Notes: a model not told the origin generated them from the sequence alone. A DNA stretch of 64,000 bases from a virus (IMGVR_UViG_2926493430_000001:3023-67022); one strand, 5' to 3'; shown: positions 47,723 through 57,953, counted from the stretch's first letter. Translations and numbers: made by a program.

Positions 47723-47997
47723 CGTATCATCTCCTCTAGCATTCGATCGACAGCCTCAAAGCTATCAATCTTATAAACTTTAAAACCCAATGCCTCCAGT
47801 TGCTTTTTTCGTTTTCGTTGCAAGGCCCTTAGCTTCTTAGCCGGTGCCTTTAATTCCACAAAAGCGACCTTTGCACCGTTAAAGAGCACCAGCCGGTCTG
47901 GCACACCTGCAAAACCGGGGGAAATTAGCTTGAAGGCTAACCCGCCATGTTCGCTTACTTTCATCTTTAGCCTTTTTTCTATACTCACTTCATTCAT
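47719..47997 (-). CDS. VRR-NUC domain nuclease
   Basis: GVPDRLVL...FVELKAP. Confidence 0.9.
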   Translation of the reverse strand: MNEVSIEKRLKMKVSEHGGLAFKLISPGFAGVPDRLVLFNGAKVAFVELKAPAKKLRALQRKRKKQLEALGFKVYKIDSFEAVDRMLEEMIR

Positions 47998-48017
47998 CTC
48001 GAATCACTCCAACATGA

Positions 48018-48265
48018 AGGTATACATCCAAAACCTAGTATTTACGCTGTTTCCAGCCATTTGTATACTCTGTATACCTTTTTTAAGTGGACTTATACTT
48101 ATAAGCGTATTAGAGAGTATAGAGCATATATATTTCTCTCTATTACCTCTATTTTCTTTCTTATATAGAAGAAGGTATACAAGGTATACATAGTATAAGA
48201 GCTACTATTCTTAAGGGTTTTGATGTATACTTTAAAAATTTTCTAGGTTTACATTGTATACATCT
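48018..48265. repeat. Putative prophage replication origin (GTATAC iterons around an AT-rich, strand-skewed core)
   Basis: At least seven GTATAC copies at the 3' end of the VapE gene. Confidence 0.65.
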
Positions 48266-50667
48266 TCCCGTCTAAAACCTTTCTGCATTCCGTACGTTTT
48301 ATCAAATCGAATCGAACTCACCCTTTTCCAACCTGGGGTGTTCTGGATGATCATATTGATTTCCTTTGCATCATATCTGGTCATGAGAGATACATCCTTT
48401 TGGTAAAGCTCCTCCCACACCATCTGAGCACAGACCTTATTTAACTTCATTTTTGGATTTGAGTTGCTATCCGGTTGTTCCATATGCAAATAAGCCCTTC
48501 TTGTCCCGATGTCGAGTTCATACCAATTCGTAGGAACCTCGGTTTCCAAATAGGTCCTAATGCTCTCAGCAATCGGATTCTCTTGGGTATGGGCTGCTTG
48601 AAGTTCACGTGCTTTCTCTTCGATGTCTTTACTTAAGGCTAAGGTCTCTCCCTTTTCATACAGTACCTTTGCCTCCGCCCATATTTGGTCGACTTCCTCA
48701 TCGGTTAAATCCACCCACATTTTTTTAGTACCACCGCCGCTTACTGTTATGGGCAAAAAGCGACGATTCCCTGTTGGGTCATTTAAAAAGTCATAGTCAT
48801 TAGTTGTTCCAAAAAACACACATTGCCGTTTGAATGTTTCATTGTGTCTGCCATATGCAACACGAAAAGTGTCCTCGGACTTCGAAATAAAATGCTTAAC
48901 TGCCTCCACATCAACCTTCTTCGTTGCTGTTAGTTCCGCCATCTCTAAAATCCACGCCCCCTGAAGCTGCTCATAGGCTTCTTTGCCCTTCACAGTAATC
49001 AAAGAATCCGAGTGCCATTCTTTGCCTAAGAGCTTAATAATATAGCTTTTTCCAACTCCTTGAGGGCCAACAAGGACCACACAGTAGTCAAACTTTGCAC
49101 CTGGATGATAGATTCTTGTTACAGCGGCTACAAGGATTTTTCGAGTGAACGTTCGAACACAATCATTGTCTTCCGCACCAAGGTAATCAACCATAATCGT
49201 TTCAAGTCGCTCTATGCCATCCCATTGAAGGCTGTCTAAATAATCTTTAATTGGATGGAACGCATGGTTAATGGCTACTTCACTCCAAGCATCACCTATG
49301 ATACCGGCTCCTTTAATACCATAAATTGAATACAGATAGTTTCGTAGACTTGCGTCATCTGTATCCGTCCAATATTCTCCCCGCTCAACACTCCGCCAAG
49401 GTAAATCATCTTTGATAACAACCCGGTGGACAAAATCGTTCATCGCAATTCGATCCTTTAATACCGGATCATTTTCTAGAATAAGAATGACATTTGGTGC
49501 ACAAGAGACGATATTTCCTTTTTGATCTCTAGTCAGTTCTGTTAACCATTCCATATCTTCGTCTTCAAAATCAGCAGCAGCAAGGCTTAACTGTTCTTTA
49601 CCAAGTGTCAGCTTCACTTGTTTATCTTTTAAAGCTTCTTCAACCATTGCTTTATAGGAAGGTAGCCTGTTGATGGGTGTTCCCTCTTTTACCGTTTCAT
49701 CCAAATCACCAAATAGATGGATTCGCACCAAATCAAAAGCATTGCATAACTTTCCAGCAATCGGGTCGGTTGAATGATGGGAATAGGCAAAATCACCATT
49801 TTCATAAATTACTAGTCCACCTGATGTAGACCCAGCTGAATAGGTGTAGCGGTTAGGATCCTCGCACGGAGCATATACATCACTTAAGTATTTCTCAATC
49901 ACATCAACAACCGAGTAAGTCCGGCAAAACGCACCGACGATTCCATCTTTTGCCTTCGGATCTCCCTGCTTATCAGCGAGTTTCTTTCGTTCATGGACCG
50001 TTCGTGAGCTTTCTGGCCAATAAGAGGAATCCCTCCAATCTGGATATCTCGCCAATACAGTATCTGGATCAATCCACGGCTCGTCCAGTACTTTAAACAC
50101 AAACTCTCCATCCGATGATGTCGATGGCCAATACATCAGCCGATGCACTTGGTAGGTCGTATCATCGAAAAAATCAATTCCAAGGTCAGCAGCAATTCTT
50201 CTGGCGATAGGTACATATTCATCAGCGGTCACAGGTCTTGATAAAGGAATGACAAGTCTGAGTCTTGGACTCCTTGGATGGTGTTTGTGAGTAGAATACA
50301 TAACGCAGCCATAGCCAAATATGGTCTCAATTGATGCCCATAAGTCTCCTTTTACAAAATCCGCATCCAAGGAAACAACCTGCCGCCAAACGACACTATC
50401 CTGTTTTCTTCTTCCACCTTTTAACGTACCACCGACAAATCCACCAACATCTTTTATTTCATCTTGCTTTGATTTAGAAAGCTTCTTGTATTCTTCATAG
50501 GTTTCATGGGTCCTTATCGTATTGCTTAATTTCTGCACCACTTCAGACCAAAGCATTTCACGGTTTTTCCAATGAAGTTCTTTTCTATTTCGTCCGATGG
50601 CAATCGATAGTTTGCCATCATATTTTAATTTGGGTTTGTTTCTCTCATTGGGTTCTATCACATTCAC
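48232..50667 (-). CDS. VapE-family primase/helicase
   Basis: KDVGGFVGG, LDAD, RLRLVIPL primase part; GPQGVGKS Walker A, FFGTTN, TGNRRF. Confidence 0.9.
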   Translation of the reverse strand: MNVIEPNERNKPKLKYDGKLSIAIGRNRKELHWKNREMLWSEVVQKLSNTIRTHETYEEYKKLSKSKQDEIKDVGGFVGGTLKGGRRKQDSVVWRQVVSLDADFVKGDLWASIETIFGYGCVMYSTHKHHPRSPRLRLVIPLSRPVTADEYVPIARRIAADLGIDFFDDTTYQVHRLMYWPSTSSDGEFVFKVLDEPWIDPDTVLARYPDWRDSSYWPESSRTVHERKKLADKQGDPKAKDGIVGAFCRTYSVVDVIEKYLSDVYAPCEDPNRYTYSAGSTSGGLVIYENGDFAYSHHSTDPIAGKLCNAFDLVRIHLFGDLDETVKEGTPINRLPSYKAMVEEALKDKQVKLTLGKEQLSLAAADFEDEDMEWLTELTRDQKGNIVSCAPNVILILENDPVLKDRIAMNDFVHRVVIKDDLPWRSVERGEYWTDTDDASLRNYLYSIYGIKGAGIIGDAWSEVAINHAFHPIKDYLDSLQWDGIERLETIMVDYLGAEDNDCVRTFTRKILVAAVTRIYHPGAKFDYCVVLVGPQGVGKSYIIKLLGKEWHSDSLITVKGKEAYEQLQGAWILEMAELTATKKVDVEAVKHFISKSEDTFRVAYGRHNETFKRQCVFFGTTNDYDFLNDPTGNRRFLPITVSGGGTKKMWVDLTDEEVDQIWAEAKVLYEKGETLALSKDIEEKARELQAAHTQENPIAESIRTYLETEVPTNWYELDIGTRRAYLHMEQPDSNSNPKMKLNKVCAQMVWEELYQKDVSLMTRYDAKEINMIIQNTPGWKRVSSIRFDKTYGMQKGFRREDVYNVNLENF

Positions 50668-50815
50668 CAACCCTCCTGCGTAACACGGTACCAAGGCCTT
50701 TTCTGGCTCCTTCCAATTTACCGGAAAGAGCCTGACCTCTTAGTGTTTTAATCGTTTGGTTAGGTAACACGTCCCTGTACTGTTTTAACTCCTTTAGAAA
50801 TTTGGAAGTGTTCAT
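50645..50815 (-). CDS. Small phage protein (56 aa, below the ORF-track cutoff)
   Basis: Reads MNTSKFLKELKQYRDVLPNQTIKTLRGQALSGKLEGARKGL...; fills the gap between the antirepressor and VapE genes. Confidence 0.65.
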   Translation of the reverse strand: MNTSKFLKELKQYRDVLPNQTIKTLRGQALSGKLEGARKGLGTVLRRRVGECDRTQ

Positions 50816-50830
50816 CTAATTTCACCGTTG

Positions 50831-51652
50831 TTAAGCTGTTTTAATGGAACGTTCGATTAAAGGCACTAAATCTTTTTCATTCTTCAATAGGTCATAAAGA
50901 AAGAGTCTGCCTTTTTGCGTCCAATATGTGTGCATCACACTTTTGTCTGCATCAATGGCATGAGTCTTTGATTGGGTATACCCTAATTCGGCATACTTTT
51001 GATATAAGAGCCACGTTTTACCCATCTTATATTGCACACCTAACTCATATAGGATGGCGTTTAGTTTTCTTGCGGATAAACCGTAATCCTTCGCAATGAG
51101 GCTGATTGGAACAACGGATTTATTCTGAAGAATCAAGTCATAATAGGATGCTTTCGGTCTCAATTCTCCAATGATCTGTTTATGTTGAGCATTTTCAAGT
51201 TCCAGCTTTCTCGCTTTTTCCTTGGCTTCTTTGTATTCGGTAAAAAGCTTGATACCCAAATCAGGATTTTTCAAAATATCATCTAGCAAAGACTCTGAGG
51301 CATACAGTCCATGTTTTCGGATATCTGGCAGCACTTCATCAAAAATCCAATGTTCAAATTGCTCTGCCTTTTTCTTCACTTCTTTATTTTTGCTTTGTGA
51401 TGAAGCACCGATAATTAAACGGTAGACATCCCCTTCAGGAATAAAATTCTTTACTATTGTTTTGCCTTTACTCTGTGGATGAGGTACCTCTCTTTTTGAT
51501 AGGTACCGGCAGTTCTTGATAATAGCCTGGTGGGGGTTATTGTAACAAAGCATTTTCGCTACCTCTGTCGCAGGAAAATATTCTTTCCCATCAATCACCA
51601 TGACTTCTAACTGACCAAATTCCGAAGAATGAAATACTTGTAAACCATTCAT
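50831..51652 (-). CDS. BRO-N / KilAC antirepressor
   Basis: FHSSEFG, FIPEGDVYRLI, VLPDIRKHG, PKASYYD, WTQKGRLF. Confidence 0.9.
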   Translation of the reverse strand: MNGLQVFHSSEFGQLEVMVIDGKEYFPATEVAKMLCYNNPHQAIIKNCRYLSKREVPHPQSKGKTIVKNFIPEGDVYRLIIGASSQSKNKEVKKKAEQFEHWIFDEVLPDIRKHGLYASESLLDDILKNPDLGIKLFTEYKEAKEKARKLELENAQHKQIIGELRPKASYYDLILQNKSVVPISLIAKDYGLSARKLNAILYELGVQYKMGKTWLLYQKYAELGYTQSKTHAIDADKSVMHTYWTQKGRLFLYDLLKNEKDLVPLIERSIKTA

Positions 51653-51672
51653 CTCATTTTCCTCCTCATCTA

Positions 51673-53631
51673 TTAATCTTTCTTGTAATATTCTGTTTCA
51701 AAGCTATCGGCACTTAACGGCAATCCCGGAGCCCAATCTATGGGTTGTCCCATCAGCTCTTCTACTTCTTCCATGGCTCTTGTTCCGTTTGGTACTTCTA
51801 AAACCACTTCATCGTGGACATGAAACTTTATTCGATATCCTGCTTCTGCTAATCTAAGCATGGCAACAGCTAAACAATCTCTTGCGATCGCCTGGATAAT
51901 ATTCTCCGTCAGCTTTCCTCCATACGTGGCAATCCTGCCCCACTGCTTCGACCCTTGTTCGACACCTTCATAGGTTAGTTGCTCCTTACCAAATCGCTCA
52001 TCCATTCCGATTCTTGGTCTAACATAAGCAAGGGAACGACCTGATGGCAAAGTAATGAACAGAATCCCTCTTGCATAATGAAAGGTAAGGCCACACTGCA
52101 TTTTTACTACTGCTTTTTCTTTTACCGCTTTGATGGCAGCCGCCTCAACATCCCACCAAAGATTTACGATATTAGGATTAGCCTCCCGCCAAGCAGAAAC
52201 CAACTCGGGAAGTTCGTCATCAGTCAGACCCATTTCCAATGCCCCCATTTGCTTTAAAGCACCTTTTGAGCCACCGTAGCCAAGAGCCAATTCAGCAATT
52301 TTCCCTTTCTGCCTTAGCGGACTACCCTTATCGATGGTTTCAATGGGGACTTTGAACATTTGAGCAGCTGAGGCCTCATAGATCTTTCCATGGGTCTGAA
52401 ACACTTCCATCCGCCAGCGCTCTCCGGCCAGCCAAGCAATCACCCTTGCTTCAATTGCTGAAAAGTCAGCAACAATAAACCGATGCCCCTTGGATGGAAT
52501 AAACGCCGTTCGGATTAATTGCGATAACACATCTGGCAGATTATCAAACAGCAGCTCCAAAGCTTGATAGTTTCCTGACTTCAATAGGTCTCTCGCAACC
52601 TGCAAATCTTTCATTTCATTCCTTGGTAGGTTATGAATTTGGACGAGCCTTCCTGCCCAGCGTCCTGTGCGATTGGCTCCGTAAAATTGAAGCAATCCTC
52701 TGATTCTATAATCAGGACAAATGGACCTCTCCATTGCCTCGTATTTCTTGACCGATGTTTTTGACATTGCTTGTCTTAATTCCAACAACCGTTTCACATC
52801 CGGATTTCCCACTTCACCCATTAGCGCTTCTACATTTTTCTTTGCAAGACTGTCCACTTCTAATCCTTGCGTTTGCAACCAGTCTTTCAGCTGTGCCGGA
52901 CTATTTGGATTTTCTAATCCGGTTAAACTAACCGCTTCTTTATAAAGGTTTTCTTGAAAGACGGTGTCTGCCTGAATGGCATGACTGACAAAGGTAATAT
53001 CAATCATAACCCCATCATCATTGATGTTTTGGTCCAGCTCCCAAAGTCTCTGTTCCATATCAGGTATTGGGAATGCCTCCAGTTTCTTTCGAATCTGCCG
53101 TTCCACCTCAACGTCTTGTTTGCAATACTCTTTAAAAGTTCGCCACTTATCCGAATCGTGTTCCGGCAGGTTTCTGTTTCTCCTTCCGTTCACTTTGGTC
53201 GGCTTACAAGGAACGGAGAAATAGCGAATTAAAGCTTTCCCTTCCTTCATTTTCTGTTCTTTCAACTTCAGGCATTTGGCCACTCCATCCAAATGCCCCG
53301 GTAACCCGAGTATTAAGGCATGGACAGAAGAACAACGCCATTGTTCCGGAGGCATTGGTTTACCAAAGAATTTGGCTAAACAAGTCCGTTCAAAGTTGGC
53401 ATTATAAGCTGTCTTTATCACTGCAGGATCCGTAAGAGCTTTTAAAAGGGCATCCGGCAATTTCTCTCCAGATGCTATATCAACAATTTGGACTTCTTCC
53501 TCATCAACCGCATAGGCAAAAAGGAGAATTTCAAAGTCGGCTGATTCACAGTAGGCATAGACCCCGCATTTTACGAGGTCCACACTACTGTACGTTTCAA
53601 TGTCAATCGATAATAGTTTCATAGATATCAA
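51673..53631 (-). CDS. DNA polymerase family A (phage type)
   Basis: IDIETYS exonuclease motif, TGRWAG, DFSAIEAR, HVHDE. Confidence 0.93.
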   Translation of the reverse strand: MISMKLLSIDIETYSSVDLVKCGVYAYCESADFEILLFAYAVDEEEVQIVDIASGEKLPDALLKALTDPAVIKTAYNANFERTCLAKFFGKPMPPEQWRCSSVHALILGLPGHLDGVAKCLKLKEQKMKEGKALIRYFSVPCKPTKVNGRRNRNLPEHDSDKWRTFKEYCKQDVEVERQIRKKLEAFPIPDMEQRLWELDQNINDDGVMIDITFVSHAIQADTVFQENLYKEAVSLTGLENPNSPAQLKDWLQTQGLEVDSLAKKNVEALMGEVGNPDVKRLLELRQAMSKTSVKKYEAMERSICPDYRIRGLLQFYGANRTGRWAGRLVQIHNLPRNEMKDLQVARDLLKSGNYQALELLFDNLPDVLSQLIRTAFIPSKGHRFIVADFSAIEARVIAWLAGERWRMEVFQTHGKIYEASAAQMFKVPIETIDKGSPLRQKGKIAELALGYGGSKGALKQMGALEMGLTDDELPELVSAWREANPNIVNLWWDVEAAAIKAVKEKAVVKMQCGLTFHYARGILFITLPSGRSLAYVRPRIGMDERFGKEQLTYEGVEQGSKQWGRIATYGGKLTENIIQAIARDCLAVAMLRLAEAGYRIKFHVHDEVVLEVPNGTRAMEEVEELMGQPIDWAPGLPLSADSFETEYYKKD

Positions 53632-54194
53632 CCTAAAATATCATCATCGTCTTCTTCACTGTCATCAGCAAAGTCATCTTCCGCACTGCTTCGACCACCA
53701 AGTGGCTCGCCATCATCTGTTTTCATAATGTTTTGGAGTCCCGCCGCAATGCCCTTATTGCCATTTACATTAAAAGCATAAAAAGTGAGACTAACCCTTC
53801 CGTAACAACCGGAGTAAAATTCACTTTGGTCCATGATTGGATTTAAGTCCGCATCGACAATTCCTGGTTTAATCTTGCTGTTAGCATTAATGAAATAGGA
53901 ATTGGTATAGGCTTCATCATCTTCACGATCCACATCGCCATCTCGCAGAGGGGTCTTTAAGTTGGCCGGTACTTTACCACCGAACTTGTCCTTATTCTCT
54001 TGGGTAGCTTTTTGAATGGCATCTTTAATTTTCTTAATCGTCTTCTTGTCCGATTTCGGAATAATGATGCTAACGGAATACTTCAAGTCACTTCCGTTGA
54101 CACTGACAGGTTCATGTACATTTGCATAACTGAATCTCACCGGGTTTTCCTTTGTTCCAATCGTAATTTTTACCATTGTTTTGTTCCTCCTCAT
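53628..54194 (-). CDS. Single-stranded DNA-binding-like protein (DUF2815/gp2.5-like)
   Basis: RFSYANV, PLRDGD, YSGCYGR, acidic C-terminus. Confidence 0.85.
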   Translation of the reverse strand: MRRNKTMVKITIGTKENPVRFSYANVHEPVSVNGSDLKYSVSIIIPKSDKKTIKKIKDAIQKATQENKDKFGGKVPANLKTPLRDGDVDREDDEAYTNSYFINANSKIKPGIVDADLNPIMDQSEFYSGCYGRVSLTFYAFNVNGNKGIAAGLQNIMKTDDGEPLGGRSSAEDDFADDSEEDDDDILG

Positions 54195-55346
54195 TTATTG
54201 AAAGTCTACTTCAGGTGATAATTTGATTTCTGGTCGCTTGTCCTCTTCAGGCACGAGTTTAATCTTGCCTGGAGCTTTGGTAACCAATGAGCCAAGTAAC
54301 TCTTCAAATGCTTTTTTACCAAGCTCTTTCTCAAGAGCAGTGATGGTATTTAGGGATTTCTTGTAAATCACATCATCATTAAATCCAGCCGCAACTAACG
54401 TTTCAACAACTGCATTTTCATCGGTATATTTACGGCTGCCTCTTCCCTCAACTAACTTCATGCCTGGCCATTGTTTGTTTTCATCCATAGCCTTAGCCAA
54501 GGCAAATTCCTGCACATCTTTCGCCCAACTAATCAAGTTATCAATGGAAATTAACACTTCCACCACTTCTTCATCTGTCAGGAGCGCTGGTTGTTGAAAA
54601 TCCAAGGATGCTAGCTTCATATTTTCATTTGCTCTTGCCCTGCAGGTTGCTCGTACTTTACAAAAGCGACAGTGGTCACCAGCAACAAAATCCCCTTCAC
54701 CTTTAAAGGCTAATTCCGCTCTGGGCCTAACAACCGTTTCTGCCCAATCAAGCAAATCCTCCACAGACATTTCAAAAGTAGAAATGCTGTCGAGCCTTGG
54801 TTGGCTAATGGTCATTTGAATCGTCTCAAGGTCATACAAGATACCAAATTGGTTAATTGCTCCGAGAGCATACAGTTTCATTTGTGGATTCTCATATGCA
54901 CTAACGGCAATTCCTTTACCATACTTCAAATCAATGATTTCTAATGTTTTATCTGTAATAATCGTTGTATCTGAAGTTCCAAACCCTTCAGGCACCCAAG
55001 GGCTATAGTCTAATCTTTGCTCCAGCATGATAACGGCATCCTTTGTCGCAGCTTTTGCTTCATTAAACCGCTCGATGCAAAACTCTTTATGAACATCCGT
55101 CGCCTTGTCCATTTCTTCTGTAAAAAACGGATCCAAACGAAGCTTTTTAATCCTGTTCGCGTACTTTTGCTTTGAAATGAGCCCTGCTTCCTTTGCAATT
55201 TTCAGTTCCGCAATTTCGTGCGCTAGGGTTCCTTCCTCAGCATAGACTGATGTTTCCTCTTCCATCATTTCCTCCAACCTTGGAGCCTTTGTACATTCCA
55301 TCCAGCGATGTGCGCCAGAAGCGGATAGTAATGCGTGTTGTGCCAT
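54195..55346 (-). CDS. Cas4-like PD-(D/E)xK exonuclease (DUF2800-like)
   Basis: HALLSAS, EGTLAH, GTSD..IIDLKYG, CRFC...CRAR. Confidence 0.85.
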   Translation of the reverse strand: MAQHALLSASGAHRWMECTKAPRLEEMMEEETSVYAEEGTLAHEIAELKIAKEAGLISKQKYANRIKKLRLDPFFTEEMDKATDVHKEFCIERFNEAKAATKDAVIMLEQRLDYSPWVPEGFGTSDTTIITDKTLEIIDLKYGKGIAVSAYENPQMKLYALGAINQFGILYDLETIQMTISQPRLDSISTFEMSVEDLLDWAETVVRPRAELAFKGEGDFVAGDHCRFCKVRATCRARANENMKLASLDFQQPALLTDEEVVEVLISIDNLISWAKDVQEFALAKAMDENKQWPGMKLVEGRGSRKYTDENAVVETLVAAGFNDDVIYKKSLNTITALEKELGKKAFEELLGSLVTKAPGKIKLVPEEDKRPEIKLSPEVDFQ

Positions 55347-55660
55347 TACAATTCCTCCGCTTTCTTGAGTATTTCCACATATTTTTCTGCTGGAACATCA
55401 CTTAATTTCTTAGCCCCAAACTCAGTAATAAGTGCCTTTACTTCTTTTTGTTTTCCATCTTGCGACAACGCTGCAAGCTTAGCCCTAACCTCTTCTAATG
55501 TAGGTTGTTTCGTTTCAGGTTCTGATATCACTTCCGTACTTTCCTTTGTTCCTTTCTTTTCAGGTTGATTCCTTTCAATTGCTATCACCAAGTCTTCAAT
55601 ACTCATGGCTAGGTTTCGTAAATCATTTACAACATTGAGAGCAAGTTTCGTTTTACTCAT
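55346..55660 (-). CDS. Phage replication-module protein of unknown function
   Basis: TLEEVRAKLA...FGAKKLSDV pattern; GGAGAA before MSKTKL. Confidence 0.7.
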   Translation of the reverse strand: MSKTKLALNVVNDLRNLAMSIEDLVIAIERNQPEKKGTKESTEVISEPETKQPTLEEVRAKLAALSQDGKQKEVKALITEFGAKKLSDVPAEKYVEILKKAEEL

Positions 55661-55689
55661 ACGTTTTCTCCTTTCTTTGTTTCTACCAA

Positions 55690-55944
55690 TTAACATCGTT
55701 GATTTAATTCAACACTTTCTATAAAAAAATATTTTTCAAATGGCTCATTAGGATACGCATTTTTAAATTTCGCAATAAACTCTTGCCCGACAGCACTACT
55801 TTTAGTCTTAATTCTCCAAAGCTGAGATCGACTAACATTTAATTTCTTTGCCATTTCAACTTCAGTTAAATCTCCTTGAAGCTTTAAAAAGTTTGCTAGA
55901 TTCAATCTGATATTCCCATGAATTCCTTTATTACAAACTATCAT
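55690..55944 (-). CDS. Cro-like HTH protein
   Basis: TEVEMAKKLNVSRSQLWRI; first gene of the leftward early operon. Confidence 0.8.
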   Translation of the reverse strand: MIVCNKGIHGNIRLNLANFLKLQGDLTEVEMAKKLNVSRSQLWRIKTKSSAVGQEFIAKFKNAYPNEPFEKYFFIESVELNQRC

Positions 55945-55971
55945 TCTGGTTTACTCTCCTTTCCAGCTAAG

Positions 55972-56078
55972 TGTTGATTTGATGTTACAAAAATCATAAC
56001 ACGACATGTTCCATCGATTCAACAAAAAACACATAATTTCCCAACAATGTTGCATTGATGTTACACTTGTACTATAAT
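55972..56078. promoter_or_regulatory. Lysis/lysogeny switch: three 18-bp operators and divergent promoters
   Basis: TGTTGATTTGATGTTACA (55972), TGTTCCATCGATTCAACA (56007), TGTTGCATTGATGTTACA (56048); TTGCAT-N17-TATAAT at 56050-56078; a fourth operator-like copy at 55697-55714. Confidence 0.75.
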
Positions 56079-56100
56079 GAACATAGAAGGAGGTGCTATT

Positions 56101-56466
56101 ATGTCTACTAATTCTATAAAAAGAGAGATGACTTTAGGAAAATACATTGCTATAAAAAGACAAGAAAAAGGTCTGAGTCAGCGTGAATTAGCAAAGGATA
56201 CAAAAGTAAGTCATTCTACAATCTCTAGAATTGAAAAAGATGATGGTATTTCTCCTGATAATGCGACATTAAAAGCGTTGGCAACTAGATTAGGACTAGA
56301 TTATAACTACTTATTAGCACTGAATAATTCAATTGATGATGAACCTGAAATTCGAGTGATCCAAAGAGCAGCCAAAAAGATGACTGATGAAGAAAAAGAT
56401 AGGATGCTGCAAATTTTAAAACTTTCTTTTAAAGATTTATTCGAGGAGGATGAGGATGTTGAATGA
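56101..56466 (+). CDS. CI/ImmR-like XRE repressor
   Basis: LSQRELAKDTKVSHSTISRIE; GAAGGAGG before ATG 56101. Confidence 0.88.
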   Translation: MSTNSIKREMTLGKYIAIKRQEKGLSQRELAKDTKVSHSTISRIEKDDGISPDNATLKALATRLGLDYNYLLALNNSIDDEPEIRVIQRAAKKMTDEEKDRMLQILKLSFKDLFEEDEDVE

Positions 56467-57524
56467 CACCGAACTATGATCGAGCAGTAGAAGAAAGTAT
56501 AAACTTATTACAATTTTATGATATAGATCAAGCTCCCGTTGATCTTGATAAAATCTTAGACGGGATGCGTTTAACCGTTAAATGCTGCCCCTATAGCCGC
56601 TTTTCAAAGCAAACAGGTAAAGACATTGATGAGATATGCAACCTTTTTGATAGTGAGCTAGGGGCAGTTGCTTATATTAGAGAAAAAGAAAAATATGTGA
56701 TTTACTACAATGATACAATGAATCATCGTGGCTTAGAACGCTTTACTATAGCACATGAACTAGGTCATATTTTTTTAGGGCATCATCAGGATGCAAAAAC
56801 CGACATCCTTCTCAGGAAAAATATTTCTGATGCGCAATATAAAATATATGAAAAAGAAGCAAATTGTTTTGCTCGGAATTTGCTTTCTCCCATTCCACTT
56901 GTTGAACGTGTAACCGACGTTAACCAGGACAGCTGTATCCATGATATGATGGAAGCTTTTGATATTTCACATACGGCGGCAGTTGTAAGGCGAAACTGTT
57001 ACATATTAGATAAATTTAGAATGCAGCTTGACTATTACGAATATTTCAGTAGCTACAATATTCTATACGACTACTACTGCTTGAACTGCGATAATGCGGA
57101 GGTTAATACCCAAGGGTATTGTAAAATTTGTGGGGAAAAAGATGTCTATTTTGAACGTAAATGCGATAGAACATACTATGAGGGTATTGAGCTAGATCCA
57201 GATCATCGTGTTATTCAGTGTCCAAAGTGTAGGAATGAAGTACACTCAGATATCGCAAGATTCTGCAAAATTTGCGGTACATTTCTATTTAATTTTTGTG
57301 AAGGGATACCTATCTATGATTCCGTTGGTAGAGTAATAGACTACATCTACCATATTAACGATGGCAATGCGAGATATTGTACAGAATGTGGTTCACAAAC
57401 AATCTTCTATAAGGAAAAGTTTTTAAAGGATTGGAAGGATATCATGGTAACAAAATATGAAGTTACCAATTCTTTCTATGGAACGGTTGCTGAAACGAAG
57501 TCACCTAAATATAGTCCTAATTAA
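56463..57524 (+). CDS. ImmA/IrrE-family metallopeptidase with C-terminal zinc-ribbon domains
   Basis: RFTIAHELGH, EKEANCFA; multiple CxxC pairs. Confidence 0.9.
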   Translation: MTPNYDRAVEESINLLQFYDIDQAPVDLDKILDGMRLTVKCCPYSRFSKQTGKDIDEICNLFDSELGAVAYIREKEKYVIYYNDTMNHRGLERFTIAHELGHIFLGHHQDAKTDILLRKNISDAQYKIYEKEANCFARNLLSPIPLVERVTDVNQDSCIHDMMEAFDISHTAAVVRRNCYILDKFRMQLDYYEYFSSYNILYDYYCLNCDNAEVNTQGYCKICGEKDVYFERKCDRTYYEGIELDPDHRVIQCPKCRNEVHSDIARFCKICGTFLFNFCEGIPIYDSVGRVIDYIYHINDGNARYCTECGSQTIFYKEKFLKDWKDIMVTKYEVTNSFYGTVAETKSPKYSPN

Positions 57525-57560
57525 TATAGTGAGACAGGTAGGAAAGGAGAGACATCAATA

Positions 57561-57953
57561 GTGAGGTATGAAAAGGGGTATGTTGTAGATGACAATATGA
57601 GGGTAATGAAATGCCCAAAATGTGACAATGAAGTTTTTTCAACTAATGCTAGCCATTGTAAATTATGCGGCACCGAACTTTATAATAAATGTGAGGGCAC
57701 ACCAGAATATGACGGCTTTGGCAATGTGGTCGACCATGAATATCACAATAATCCCGGCAATGCGAGATATTGCGAAACTTGTGGGGAACCTACCTATTTC
57801 TTCAAACAAGGGTTTCTAAAACCATGGGAAGACGAAAAAGCTGAGCTTGAACAAAAAGCTGAAATGGACATGTTAGAGTACCATACTCTAGATGGGGAAG
57901 AGGAAACTCCAATATTCGAAAATGATGTTTTTGATGAGAATCTACCTTTTTAG
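57561..57953 (+). CDS. Stand-alone double-zinc-ribbon protein, paralog of the peptidase C-terminus, with an acidic ...DENLPF tail
   Basis: CPKC, CKLCGT and GNARYC..CG shared with 56463-57524. Confidence 0.85.
   Translation: MRYEKGYVVDDNMRVMKCPKCDNEVFSTNASHCKLCGTELYNKCEGTPEYDGFGNVVDHEYHNNPGNARYCETCGEPTYFFKQGFLKPWEDEKAELEQKAEMDMLEYHTLDGEEETPIFENDVFDENLPF

Noticed and set aside
54195-55346. Cas4-like nuclease as evidence of a CRISPR system
   Set aside because: Standard member of the PolA-SSB phage replication module; no array or other cas genes
57170-57840. Zinc-ribbon duplication as a DGR template/variable repeat pair
   Set aside because: No reverse transcriptase in the window; both copies are coding and differ at all base types
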